Source: Laetmonice hystrix (taxonomy: Eukaryota). Taken from it: 64,000 nucleotides of DNA. Made by a program: the position numbers and the translations under genes. Below the pieces are notes generated by a model, which worked only from the letters and a program-made list of their open reading frames with translations, was not told the origin of the DNA and searched no databases. The stretch spans positions 19,656,001 through 19,720,000 of the forward strand of contig OZ249436.1 of assembly GCA_965235115.1 (NCBI GenBank), written 5' to 3'. The first letter of the stretch is position 1, and each line of letters opens with the position of its first letter. Shown piece after piece: positions 37,501-50,469 of this stretch.

Positions 37501-40500
37501 TAGGCGGTACCACTTAAATATTAAAGCACACCACTTAGTGGTATCACTTAAATATAAAGTCACACCACTTGGTGGTATCACTTAAATATTAAGTCACACC
37601 ACTTGGTGGTGTCACTTAAAAATAAAGGCACACCACTTGGTATAGTAGGATCGTGCCAGCAGAACCGCTATAAATACTTTAATTTTTATATCGCTTTGCA
37701 CACTCAGTCTTGGTGGAATCTGGAATAGGCTAAGCACTGACGTTTGTCCTCCTGCCTGTCAGCTTAGACGTCGTTTTCATGTACTCTTACATGAGGGCAG
37801 CACCACTCTCGTCACAATAATGTTACCAGCGAACGAAAGCTGATTCATCAATTTGGTCACCGCTAGGCGGATTCCCAAATCTACCAAATGAACTTTGTGA
37901 CCTTGCGTTCTCTAGACAATGCCTGGAGGACGGCCCTAAGGAGGGTTTACCTTGAGATATCCGAGCTGATCTGCTGGGTCATTCCATTTCCTCTCCCTGT
38001 CTGCGTGCTGTACGTCATCCCTTCAGGGGAAGTCGGCTGGACCGGCTCTATTGTTGTCATTTCCGTTTCTATGGAGAGCATATCCATGGTTACTGACCGG
38101 ACAAGCTGGGTCTTACCACGGCGTCCGGAATCCATGGAGTTCGACCTGAAAAAAATGTGAAACAATGGTACCAAGAGCTGGAGACCCGAATCAGTTATGA
38201 TAAAGCGAAAGGAAAAGAAGGGGAGGAGGAAGGTAGGAGAAGAGAAAGGGGGGAAGGGGAGGAAGAGCAGTAGGAGATTGGGAAGGGAGTAATATTAAGT
38301 GAGATACTTATTTTCCCATCTCCCGAGCCGTAACTGAGGCCCGTCTTGTCTGCCTGGAGAATAATATTACATTCCCTCAGATAAGGTTATAGGTAGGTTT
38401 CAATTGAATGAGATGAGTGTCTGCTGGTTGAAACACGAATCAAATACAACACAATGATAGATGTGAGTTAGGCGGCAGAGTGGGTACGCTCAGAGATAAG
38501 CCTGGGTGTAGACAAGGAATGACATGCTTTCAAATGGCCGACAGGAAATGGTGATGGATGTCGGTCAGTGTTTGCGGTGTTCAGGCAGGCTGGGCTAATG
38601 GAAAGTGGATGAGATATTATTGAGGGTCAGCGTCGGCAGCGTTTGTGCTGATTGCAAAAAGAAATTCTGCTGACCGCATGCCCAGTGGCCCTTCCTGACT
38701 TCTCTGCGAATCTTGGACAGATTGCTAGAAGAACACCGCTTCGTCCACTGATCATGACGTGTTCTCGCCACTCCGAGACTTTGTTCGAGACGACATTCAG
38801 GTCTCGCCCCATCAAGTCGCCAAACGAAGATCGATAGAGGAATCTACGTTCCAACCAGCGATCCCGCAGCAAGGTGCGTCCGCCTTGTCTTAAATAACAA
38901 TCGGAAAGAAACTTTGTGGTCCTTCTCCAAATCACATCTATTAGAAACCCCTGCGTCTCAGTGATCTTTGACCCGCTCGGACTCCGGTAGTTTGTGAGGG
39001 GGGATCTAGGGTCATCCATTCTGCCATGTTTTGTGTTGTAACGAAAACAGAGATTGAGATGGAAACGTAACGTCATTTCGTGAGGCCAGGCGTGGGTCAA
39101 GGACACCCGTCCACTGAGGTGTCCGACCACGATCGATGGGCTTTCCTTTGGGTGCGCATGCGCAGGGCCATCACTGCAGCTTTTTCTCCATCAACAATTG
39201 GTGGTCGGTCGGCAGGTGCATGGAGGGCTTTGACGGATCTCTCCTTCGTGTATACCAATTCAAGCATAAACGGACGTTTTCAAAGGTCATCGGTTTATAA
39301 TGCGTATATTCTAACTGGGTTTCCCAATGTAAATGGCGGGCTTATACATATAAGCCTAGGCCACGTCTCATGAGATATTCTCTGACGCTAGATTTAATGT
39401 GGTTAACGGCCAATTTCTACATCTAAAAACATTTTCCCAGGGATTGAGATTGAGGTTATAAATTTTACGTCACAACATTAAAAACCAAGGTCATATCGAG
39501 TCAGGTCATGTCAGTTTCGCTGATGGCGGAACGTGACGTGCCCGGTACCAAATACTTTCATTTCTTCTCTGGTTCTAATCTTAGAACGACATTACAACGA
39601 ATCGTTTTAACAATTATTATAGACAATGGAGCCCTACCAAAGTAAAGACAATTGTGAGAGTATCTCGGCCAGGTTGGGCCCCTCTATGGTGGCATGTTGC
39701 GCCCCTCTCAGCTGCCATCCAGCCCTACACATAGATGTAATCAGTGACTGGAAGCCTCGGATGCATAGCCACCTAGTGGTGAATTGTACAGTTACAATAT
39801 CCAGATGCCAGGGCCGCCTTACACGTGTCATGTTGTCATGCTTTGATCGAATCACACCGGCGGCAGATCGTTCTCAGTGACACTGCTTGCTCCATTTAAA
39901 TCGTTTACAGAACGTTCTGTTTTATGACGTTCCTGTTGGTTAAAAGCTGCTGTGTAATTTATCATGTGGTTTGAATGTCCTCCGGGACTACTTCCGCCAC
40001 ATCGTTTTCCTCATTTCCCGGCCCCAACTGGGCGGAAGTGCCGGGAGTGTCGGGCGTTCCGGTGTCGTTCTACCTAGAGGGCAGAACGGTTCTGTTTTGT
40101 CAACAGTAGATTTCTGCCGCTTCCTCACTGCTTGAATGCACATTCTATCGTCTCTTGGTTTCAATAAAACATCTGGAGATGGCGCCTTGTATAGCAATAT
40201 ATACTCACTCAGACAAATCCGAGTCAACAGCACATGAAAGATTCTGGCAGTAAATGTAGAGAATTTTTATATCATTTTAGACCCTATAAATTTGACAATA
40301 CCGTGACTTTTATTGGCCGGACTGCATCATTAAAAGGGCGTCTGCCTGCCGAACGTCTGTTTTAATTATGCTGGATTAATTAGCAGGGATTCTGACCGAC
40401 TTAGGAACATTGCTTTAAGCGTGAAGTTCTTTTCTAGACGATATGTTAACACGGTGTAAGCTCATAAAATTAAGGAAGTGAGAACGTAAATTAGTCTATA

Positions 40501-43500
40501 CTATGTCCACCGAACCTCTGGCAGACGTGTGAAAGATATTGAGAGTGCATGACCTGCGCAGATTGGCAAAGACTGACGGCGCCTATAAAACGTAATATTC
40601 CATCCCGCCTGGTCTGTTGGTGGCTTGAACCGTCCCCGCATGGCTACAGCCGCTCTACCTGACCCTGTAACTATAGACCGTGAGCGCCTATCATCTCTTC
40701 TTCCGACATGAAGCGATTCCTTTGATGAAACTCCCCGCCGCAGGACAGTGGAGCATTGGCCACCTTCACCTTAAGACCACGCTCAGGATGGCAGTATTGT
40801 TGAAGCTCGGCTGCCACCGTTGGGAGTCAGATTACTCGGAGTCAGTCATCGGCAGCTAACGGAAGTTAAACGAGCAACTTCGCCCGCCTAGAAAAACTTC
40901 TGTATAATTCTACTGAGACGCAGACCCCGACATTGGATAATTGAGGAAAAACGCTGCCGATCGTCAATAGACGAAGATAAGTCATTTATCTACGACAAAC
41001 AAGACACGGAATAAATCCTATATACGCTGGAACATTGATATAAGTAGTTAGCCCCGTGAGATGGGGGCCTGAAGTGGATTCAACACAAAGATTGCCTTGG
41101 CCAGCTTACATTGAGAGACGACCATATATTATTGTCACAATAGCTATTGAACGACAACGGCTACGGTGGATTTCATCGGCAAGGAGGTCGGTAATATCAA
41201 TATCAGCAGCCCTCCTCCCAGCCCGCCCACCGCTCCCTCTAGCGGACGGCGTGGTATCTGGTGGCTGGCCCGTATCCTGTAGTATATATCTATATGATAA
41301 TGAGATTCTTTATTGACCAACCCTCCCAGATAGATATAAGCTGGTCCACTATTACAAAAGTACAATTTCAGTGTCAAAGGTTTGAAGTATGCGGCCGGCA
41401 TTGAAGGCGAAAACGATAAATGATTTCTCCCTGATAGGCCTACGATACGACAGCACGTACCTTATTGAAAACGATAAATGATTTCTCCCTGATACGATAC
41501 GACAGCACCTAATTGAAAACGATAAACGATTTCTCCCTGATAGGCCTACGATACGACAGCACCTTATTGACAACGATAAACGATTTCTCCCTGATACGAT
41601 ACGACAGCACGTACCTTATTGAAAACGATAAATGATTTCTCCCTGATAGGACTACGATACGCAGCACCTTATTGACAACGATAAATGATTTCTCCCTGAT
41701 ACGACAGTACCTTATTTTACCATAGAACTGTTCTGTCTATGATTTTACCGAATTATGACTGAAACAATTAAATCAAAACTAAAAGAGCAGTAAAATTAAC
41801 AGTTAGAAGTACTTAAAGATAAACTAAATGTTTATCAGACGATTAAATACATTAAATCCTCTCAGCTGCCACACAACTCAGACAAATCTATTTAAATCTT
41901 GTTTCCTATCACAGTGATTGGTCCAGCAGCCTTGGCATGGTTTGTCTTCAATTACAAGTTCAGGACGAAAATCACGTGGAAGGTACAAAAGAAAACCACG
42001 TGGAAGGTACAAAAGAAAACCACGTGGAAGGTACAAAAGGAAAACCACGTGAAAGGTACTAAAGAAAATCAACGTGGACGGTACAAAAGGAAAATCATGC
42101 GGAAGGTACAGAAGGAAAGCCACGTGAAAGGTACCAAAGGAAACAAACGTGGAAGGTATACAAGGAAAACTGCGTGGAAGGTACAAAAGAAAAACCACGT
42201 GGAAGGTACAAACGTAAATCCTTTTAAGCGGATGTTTTTTGTCTGATAATGGGAAAACTTCACATCACTGAAAACGAGAGTACCCGGAAAGCACATGCCA
42301 AGGCTGATAAGATATTTTGTTTCGAACAGGTTATCATAAATAACACCACAAATAACACCATTGCATTCAGGTATAAAACTGGATTATAAAATGTGAAACA
42401 GCAGCGAGCTGGCCTTTAGGATGGACCAGCCTCACTGTAAAAAATATATAACAGACACAATTTACAGATGTATTTGGTGTAAATTTATTTTACAGTAGAG
42501 TTACCTGTAAAATAATGCAGAAATCTTTACATTTACAAATAAAAATGCCATAAAATTACAAATGTTTCTGTCAAATTTACGTATTTTGCCTGTTTAATTA
42601 CAGTTATTATAACAGGCAGCTGATACGCCAGTGAAATTAACTGTAAAAAATACGCAGCGGTTTTTTTTACAGTAATAGTCCTTTATGTTCCTGGTGCTGG
42701 TGCTGGTTTTTATTTTGGTTTATGTGAATATTAGTCATGGCATTTACTTCATCCATTCTGTGAGATGAACCGCTATGATATGTGCCATTTCAGTCGTATA
42801 CATTCTACATTAGTGATAACATAAAGGGCACTGTACTCATAATTAGATGGCATGCGATAAAATCCTCATAGTCCATCCTTTTTTGCCTTGAGTATGAGAA
42901 AAGTGATGGCCGAACGACCATCGCGCCCGTTTCTGAACTAGGTCAGGCGTTGTCAACACGGCCGGGACCGCGGACTTATGAACGTCCCACAGAAACTCTT
43001 CAGATTTCCAAAATGTTGTATCCTTATTACAACGAGTATTTTTTAGCAGTGTAGTTGAATTCTAGATCGACGTTGCCAGCGTGGATGTTCCAAACGATAT
43101 ACCGGCTGTTACAACTGTAGATCGCCTCCAACCACCATTCGGGAACCCTCGGGAAAGTCCGCCAGCTGTGTTCGGATTTTCAGCTCGGGCGTAATGGACA
43201 GATTTGTGGGAGTTTGTGATGCGGCGCGAATGAATACTGAGTAAGCAGGCAGGGGGGCACAATGCGCGCTGACCAAGTAATCCCCACAGCGTAATGGCAG
43301 CCGTAATTGAGGAGTCTTTGCATTATGCACTTGAAAACTGTCCGATAACCAAGGGAAAGTCGCGGCAGTTAAAACCAAAACAGAGAGATACATATGCTCA
43401 ATTCGGAAATGGCTTATGCCTCCATTCGTCCTCTCGTCCATAGATATCGAAGCTATCGTCGGCCACACTCAACACAACACTCACTGACTCAGTCACAGCC

Positions 43501-46500
43501 GACACGGGCCACGCACAGTGCTACTGCTACTGCTAGCGCTAAGCGCTCGGAAACTGGTGAGGCAGTCTAGGCGAGATACGTTATTTCACATAACTCTGGT
43601 CACCGTCGGCAGATTCCTTCCGTAAACACCCACTAGATTTTTTTTTATGGCGACAAAGGCCAAGATGGCAGCTGTGGAAAGCACATGGGTTTGTTTTGTT
43701 TGTGTGACTACTTTTAAAGATGGCGACCTGACGATTACGGCCGAGACATGATCTGCCATCTGTCGAGGTAGAGCCGACTGCTCCAACCACCTCGAAAAGC
43801 TGACAGAGCGGGGCGCGCATGCGTGTTGACCGTAATTAAAATATTTGACCCCCAGTTTAGATTAAGTTCCATAATAATGGTATGACAAGTTGGACTTCTA
43901 TATTTTCATTATTTTATATTTAAGAAAGAATACTTGTCGATATCGACGCTGTAATGTGCCCAAGTGATAAACAAATCATTCAGGGCATCCTTTTAATTCG
44001 ATTTATTTGTGAATCGATTGCACTAACCTGACTTTCGTGACCCAATACCTTTAACCTGGCATTCGGCTGGCATTAAAACGACATTGCAGTAGTCTATATA
44101 CATGTACATGTATGGTTCTCCACTGTTTTAACATACAACACGTCCTGAGATGATAATATCTTGTATATCGAGCCTGATCTCCGTAAACGGGAGACGGAGG
44201 TCACTTTTTTCTATAACACACAGTGCCTACAGGTGGAATAGATTACGTTCTGTGTGCCATAGAACCATGTTCTTACACACAGAACCGTATCTGACTTTAG
44301 CCATGTGAGAGTTTCAAAAATATTGGGTCCCTGCTTTATTTCTGGATGAATTCCTGTCACTATAGTCTCAAATTATGCTTTTCTTCCTCGTTTTCCGCAT
44401 AAAACATTGATGAACCTAATTTGGTTGGTAATTGCTAATTCACGGCCACGTTGTGTCGGGAGAAGCAAATAAACATTCGGTGCACAGACTTGAAGATAGT
44501 TACTGCAGAGTTGTACGGTTCTGTCAACGAAAGCGTTAACGAAGCTACCCTGATTTGCTGTGTGGTAGAAGGTCACGTGTTTTGATTTCGCCGCTGTCGC
44601 TATTGGCACGGCGCCGCTTGCCCTTTGGCAGCAGGACTGCAGCAAATAGGACGCCGGAAGTGTCCATCAGAGGAAGTGTATCGCGCATAAGCCGAGAGGA
44701 GAGTCCCGCGGAGAATCTTAGCGCTCTCCGCAACACTTGCAGTTAACACATCGAAGGCCCGGAAGCAAAATCGAAGTCCCTTTAAGTCGCCAACATTCGG
44801 CGAAATGGGTGTTTTCTTTCCCGGGTCCTGTGACGTGGACGGTAAGCGTGAAAGCTTAACTGTGTGTAACAGACCTATGTTATCTTAGAGAACCAGGATT
44901 AAGCACATTAATCTATATCCGTGGGAAGTGGCCAGCACTGTATCAGGGGAGTACTATTTGGGTGCAGATAACGCAACTGAATTGAAAGGCAAGGTTAGCC
45001 GACACGCTGCGAGGGACATGGTTGAGTTTGTCTGTCTGGTTTAATCATGGTTGCGGTAATTCCCTTCAACAGAACGACTGACCTTCAACCCCAGGTCGAC
45101 TCCTTCCGGTAGGGTCACATACAGACAGGGTTACATGTAAGGCGGGGTTAGGGTGGAGTAGGGTGTGGTGGGCAGCTGGTGGGCAGCTCCCTATTCACGC
45201 ATGCGTGCGCCCGACTCGCCGGGCATGAAATGCATTTCGTGAAGAGAAATGTGTTTGTCTCGAATACTGACATAATTTGAACCATGCCAATATTCATCAG
45301 TTACGTCATCGATTAAAACAACGTGTAGACAAATATACACAATTTAGGTTTACGTGACGTCAACACGCATGCACACACAAACAAACACCCCTACGCATTC
45401 ACGAACCCATCTATAGACTATACATACTTCGTTTACCACCAATATGGCAAGCCGTTTTAACATTATTTTCCCTAGTTAATGATATCGCTATATGAATTAA
45501 AGATATCGCTAATTTAATTTTTGATATCAAAAATCTTGATATCGCTAATTCTATTTTTGATATCGCTAAATGAATTTTTGATATCTCTAAATAAGAGAAT
45601 TGACGATATCGTTATCGCACATCAGAAATTCATTTAGCGATATCTCTAATTCTATTTTTGATATCGCTAATTCCTGACCGAGTTTTTGTTTCCGTCCGAG
45701 TTATGAACTGCTCCCTTAAAGGTCCTAGACCACCAATATTTTCCTGTACACAGGGAGCTTCAAAAAGATTCCAGATAAACCATATGGTGTCCCTTGTAGA
45801 CGAAGCTTAGGAACACAAAATATCAACATTTGAGGGTAGCAAGTGTGCAATCGTTTGGAGCCAGAGGTCCGCGTTTGAACCCACCCTAATTTCAGACTTT
45901 TGGCAGCCCGGTACAAGCCCGCTGGGGTTGAAAATTCTAGCTTGCCTACATAACCTCCACAACTTGAGCAAAGCTTTCTTATTTTGGTATAAACAACAAC
46001 TCGGAAGCAGTACACGAGCCTCAACATCATCTACCGCCATTAGGTCTAGAAAATCTAAGTCACGCCCAGAGCAATCCCATAATACACCTTGGTCACGCCA
46101 TACTAGGGACCGGTTAGTAATGAAAACATGGGATAGTCTGTCTGAATTAGCGATATCGCTAATTCAATTTTTGATATCGAAAATTCATTTAGCGATATCT
46201 CTAATTCTCTGCATTTACAGATATCGCTAAATGAATTTTTGAAAGAAAAGTTCATTTCCCTACATTCTCAGAACACAAAAAACAATTTCCTAGTGTCGAA
46301 CATATCGCATGTGGCCCTGATACATTCTTAATGTCGGGGCCGTAGCCTCCCGGGGGGGGGGGGGCAAGGGGGGCAACTGCCGCCCCTGGGATTTTCATTT
46401 TTTTGTAAACCAGACCAGCTCGACCGGCGCAATGACGCGCTAGCGGTAGGCCTATCTGGCCAGAGAGCACTGCCTCCCGTGGAATTTAGGGCAGGCTACG

Positions 46501-47868
46501 TCCCTGGTAGGCCTAGGCTAGATATTCATGCGGAGTAGGCCCTACTGCGACTGAGAGCTCAATCATTCGACTATCAGAGGGAGCCACTGTCTGTCGACAC
46601 GCTGCCCCCCCCCCCTGCCAGTGGTTGCCGATGTCGTACGTCAGACGTCCCCTCCCCCGCTCTACCCCTGCCGTCGGGATGATACGGACTCAGCGTCACC
46701 ACGAGTATTAAGGGAATATCATGGTAGGCTATAGATCTACAGAACACTACAATAACCACGTCATAATCGGCCACGTTCGCAAAGCGCTCATTTTACACAG
46801 CGCCCATGCTGACCATCAAAGAGTGGACTATTGTCCTTCTAGTGTCGTCATAATAATGTTTTGTTGATGACGTCCGTAGGTCACGTGAATACGTTAGAGA
46901 GTGTGTGATTGGTTTTCATTCAGGCGTGAATTTACACTCATTGATCATCAGATTATGGATACCTCAGTGAACACGGCTGTGGACGTGGCCGGGGGAACGG
47001 AAAGAACAGAAGAAACTTGACATAATGATGGAGACGTGCTTTGAGAAAAACAAGACAACACAACTACTTCTGTCTTCCCGCTATTGTTTCAAACCCGGTG
47101 GGTAATAACTAGCCCAGATGGTAGACTGCCTTAGAATAGTTTGTCCCTTTTCAAACCAACTTTTGTTCACATTATGACTGCAAGATGCTATATTGAAAAA
47201 AAGGTTCCGTTTTACAGACAGGTAACAACCAAACGGAAGGATTTCTGACCCTAGGAATTTGGATGGGAAACACAATAACGTGACAAATCGATGTGGTTGG
47301 AATTTTAACCTTGAATTGTTTTTGGGGGTGTAGCCTACAGAGACAGATAGAGAGAGAGAGAGAGACAGAGAGGGAGAGAGAAGGGAGAGAGACAGAGAGA
47401 CACAGAGAGAGAGAGAGGGAGGGAGAGAAGGGAGAGAGATAGAGAGTGAGAGGGAGGGAGAGGACTGGGAGATAGAGAGGGAGAGAGACGGAGAGAGAGA
47501 GTGAGAGGGAGGGGGAGAGATTGGGAGGGAGGGGACAGGGAGATAGACAGGGAGAGAGACGGAGAGGGAGAGGGAAAGGGAGAGAGGGAGAAAGAGAGAA
47601 GGGAGAGAGACAGAGGGAGAGTGAGAGTGAGAGAGATAGAGAGAAGGGAGAGAGAACATGTAGGCCTATTATGTGTATCCAACCTGGTAGGGGGCGCTGA
47701 TCGCGACGATGTTATTGTCAGGCGGTCGTCAAGGTCAAAATCGCAGCTGGACTTCCGGCGTCTGCCGTACCATTTCCGGCAGAGCACTGCAGCGATGGCC
47801 ATCGACAGAAGTATACCACCGACTGCTGCTCCGAGGGCCAGCCCCAAAACCAGACCTGCAACAGGCAT
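28523..47868 (-). CDS. Synaptotagmin-15-like protein (N-terminal TM segment, linker, two C2 domains)
   Basis: Minus-strand exons 47868(or acceptor at 47855)-47684, 38145-37951, 34326-34190, 33935-33805, 33446-33279, 30654-30534, 30031-29881, 28790-28523 join in phase. TM LVLGLALGAAVGGILLSMAIAAVLC followed by basic RKWYGRRRK; C2A GCLRYSLDY..DPYVVVCLLPDEK..RKTLDPTFNESFVF..MSVYDVDRRRVRHTLG; C2B GDIHLTLTF..IYVKVSL..KKT..HWENMLANMRHPVSAWH. LLPDE and YxVDRxR..LG resemble SYT15, but the subfamily call is by recognition only. Minus-strand AATAAA at 27142-27137. Confidence 0.88.
28890..29370. repeat. 32/35-bp minisatellite
   Basis: (CCCACTACCCCT[GAT]TACACCTTAGCTTTAGTAGA)n. Confidence 0.97.
29597..29852. 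mobile_element. Short non-autonomous DNA transposon, 5-bp TSD (hAT5-like)
   Basis: GTGGT|TACTGGGGGATCCAGG...CCTGGATCCCCCACTG|GTGGT. Confidence 0.65.
32656..32890 (+). mobile_element. Interspersed repeat family, copy 2 of 3, lying inside another repeat
   Basis: Matches 13135-13370; its flanks match 63315-63490 in reverse orientation. Confidence 0.8.
33048..33191. mobile_element. 144-bp MITE-like element with 19-bp TIRs and an internal 21-bp hairpin
   Basis: ATAAACACGTAACGGGATG ... CATCCCGTTATGTGTTTAT; internal stem 33080-33136. Confidence 0.8.
34948..35282. repeat. About 44-bp minisatellite
   Basis: (CCAGCCTTTAAATACCAGTATCTCTGCTCTGGTATTTTGTAA)n; each unit has an internal ATACCAG/CTGGTAT inverted repeat. 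Confidence 0.93.
37425..37642. repeat. About 33-bp minisatellite
   Basis: (CACACCACTTGGTGGTATCACTTAAATATTAAGT)n. Confidence 0.92.
41408..41715. repeat. About 50-58-bp minisatellite with alternating GGCCTA insertion
   Basis: AACGATAAATGATTTCTCCCTGATA[GGCCTA]CGATACGACAGCAC[GTAC]CTTATTGA. Confidence 0.93.
41968..42212. repeat. About 24-25-bp degenerate minisatellite
   Basis: (CACGTGGAAGGTACAAAAGAAAAC)n. Confidence 0.9.
42433..42674. mobile_element. CACTA/EnSpm-like non-autonomous element
   Basis: CACTGTAAAAAA ... TTTTTTACAGT termini with several internal TTACAG/CTGTAA motifs. Confidence 0.6.
45478..46240. repeat. Two clusters of GATATCGCTAA/TTAGCGATATC motifs (45478-45672, 46146-46240), probably transposon subterminal repeats
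   Basis: The 11-bp motif is repeated in both orientations and brackets about 470 bp of unique sequence. Confidence 0.65.
47337..47655. repeat. (GA)n-rich microsatellite
   Basis: Pure purine GA/GGA run starting just downstream of the TM-exon donor. Confidence 0.95.
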
Positions 47869-48713
47869 TTAATGGGCGCATACTATATAGTGTAGGCTAT
47901 ACCACAAACTTCAGCACCGCGGGCTAACCTCACTACCAGGCCTGCAACAGGCATTCAAAGGACACATGACATAGTACAATAGGGAGTGAAAGTGACGTCA
48001 CCCTGTGGGACGATAATGGGTGGAACAGAGCCACTTCCGGGGAACAGCGCACAATTGTAAACATAAAGCATCGAGGCATGTGAAGATACAAACAGAGTTT
48101 AAAATATTTTTAGGCTAGATTTAGACTGTGCAAAGTTGGAAATTAATAATTGCAGTAGGCTTGGAGGGGGATGTCGTAAAGTTTGATCCATTGATTTAAC
48201 CATTGCCACCAAGCGGCGTATTCCCTAGCCTGGTCCCCAGCTCTATATTGACTACGTATATTGAGCCTGGTGAAGGCTAATTGAAGCGAGCATTGTGATT
48301 GGCCCATCGAAAACATGGACGCAAACGAGGTAGTTCCGTACCTTCCGTATTTCTCCAACAAGATACACATATTTTCGTCAATCCCTTTAAAATACGAGTG
48401 TTAAATGTCCTCGCTTTTCTGGATGTAAACATAGCGTCATCGGTCCCCACACCTGCTACCGTCTGCATACGCATTGGCATGTTGGCCACTCCCGGCCACG
48501 CTCCAAGCAGAAGTCGGTCACTCTGTTAACGCTAACCAACGGAACGGAAGCAGAAGTGCTTGGAGTTTAACCACTTCCGTTTCGCAGCTTTCTGTTAGCC
48601 AGCACCTGTGGCCTAACATAGCGGATGCGTATGGTAGGCACAGGGGACCAGGCTACGTATTCCCCAGAACTGGCAAAATCCCACAAGATTATGACGTTAC
48701 TTTCACTCCCTAT

Positions 48714-48931
48714 AGCTAGAATTCCACTGGAAAAATCGGACGCATCGGATGGCATGATCTGTCCAAGAAAACGATGCCCAGAGTGACATCCATGTTTAAC
48801 CACTGGCGTAATTACCCACTTGTATTTAACTATTATTTTGTATTTAACTTGTATTTAACTTTGTATTTAGTGCGTATTTAACCACTTGCATTTAACCTAT
48901 GCGGTCCGATTTTCCCAGTGGAATTCCAGCT
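48714..48931. mobile_element. MITE with about 28-bp TIRs
   Basis: AGCTAGAATTCCACTGGAAAAATCGGAC ... GTCCGATTTTCCCAGTGGAATTCCAGCT. Confidence 0.8.
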
Positions 48932-49721
48932 TAAGGGAAAGCATCTGGAAATCTTTATGGACCCAGAGATGGTGTCTTAAAACCTTTTGATGATCTTAAA
49001 ATAGTCAGGTAAAAACATTTCTCAATAGTTTTTTATAACTTTTATGTTGATAAAAGGCCATTTATTTGTATCTTTATTTGCCATAATCGTCATGTCAATT
49101 GGTACATTTTTCACATCATGAGCGTACTTTGAAGCCGCTCGTGTCAGAAAATCTAGACGTCACAAAATTTACAATTGGCGGAGTCCCATGATCTCCCTAG
49201 ACATCAATGCCTTACTTTTTTCAGGTGCATTATATCCAAGATAATAGCAGATTATATAATTTTTGAAATCGTCTTTATCTTGCCAATTTTTACCAAAACG
49301 CCGAGACCATATTATTCTGCATTATATAATAGATCAAGATTGCCTTTGGTCGCTATAAGAATGCTCCTCACGTACTTCCAATAGGGAACTCTTCATGTAT
49401 CCACGTAGGCACGGGAGTGACGGGGTGTAAAATTTAATTTCACAACTAACAGAGCCGTGTCATTTAAGTTGGATTAAACAAAGGCTCCACAGGGAAAAAT
49501 TAATTACAATGCTCTCATCTAATTTATTGTGCAATAATAATGAATAGTTGTGGAGAGGAATCCAGGCCGACGGTCGAGGGTAACATAGGAGAGTTTGAGA
49601 ACGGCAGACAGTGGTGTAAAATAATAAATTTCATTTAGACTTTGAACAACAGTTACTGCTAGAATTACATAATCTTCTGTCATTATAGATGAATGAGAAC
49701 GACAAGGACATGCACGGCAAC

Positions 49722-50392
49722 CACAGATAACACATAAAATGCCATGTGAGAATCAAGATAACACATAACATACCATGTGAGAATTCAGATAACACATAAC
49801 ATGCCATGTGAGAATCCAGATAACACATAAAATGTCATTTGAGAATCCAGATAACACATAACATGCCATGTGAGAATCCAGATAACACATAACATGACAT
49901 GTGATAATCCAGATAACACATAAAATGTCATTTAAGAATCCAGATAACACATAACATACCATGTGAGAATCCAGATAACACATAAAATGTCATTTGAGAA
50001 TCCAGATAACACATAACATGACATGTGATAATCCAGATAACACATAAAATGTCATTTGAGAATCCAGATAACACATAACATGACATGTGAGAATCCAGAT
50101 AACACATAACATGACATAGGAGAATCCAGATAACACATAACATGCCATGTGAGAATCCAGATAACACATAAAATGTCATTTGAGAATCCAGATAACACAT
50201 AACATGCCATGTGAGAATCCAGATAACACATAAAATGTCATTTGAGAATCCAGATAACACATAACATGACATGTGATAATCCAGATAACACATAAAATGT
50301 CATTTGAGAATCCAGATAACACATAACATGACATGTGAGAATCCAGATAACACATAACATGACATAGGAGAATCCAGATAACACATAACATG
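49722..50392. repeat. 31-bp minisatellite
   Basis: (GAGAATCCAGATAACACATAACATGCCATGT)n with recurrent variants. Confidence 0.97.
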
Positions 50393-50469
50393 TCGGCCGC
50401 CCTTTATGGTATCTATAAAATTTAACGTAGGCCTACCTCTAAATCCCAGAACCGAGATTATAACTGACA

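Noticed and set aside
38627..39130. 167-aa minus-strand ORF upstream of the linker exon
   Set aside because: No recognisable homology and no convincing in-phase donor; cannot be supported from sequence alone.
47081..47683. Ser/Leu-rich ORF extension after the TM exon
   Set aside because: It is read-through past the donor at 47684 into a GA microsatellite.
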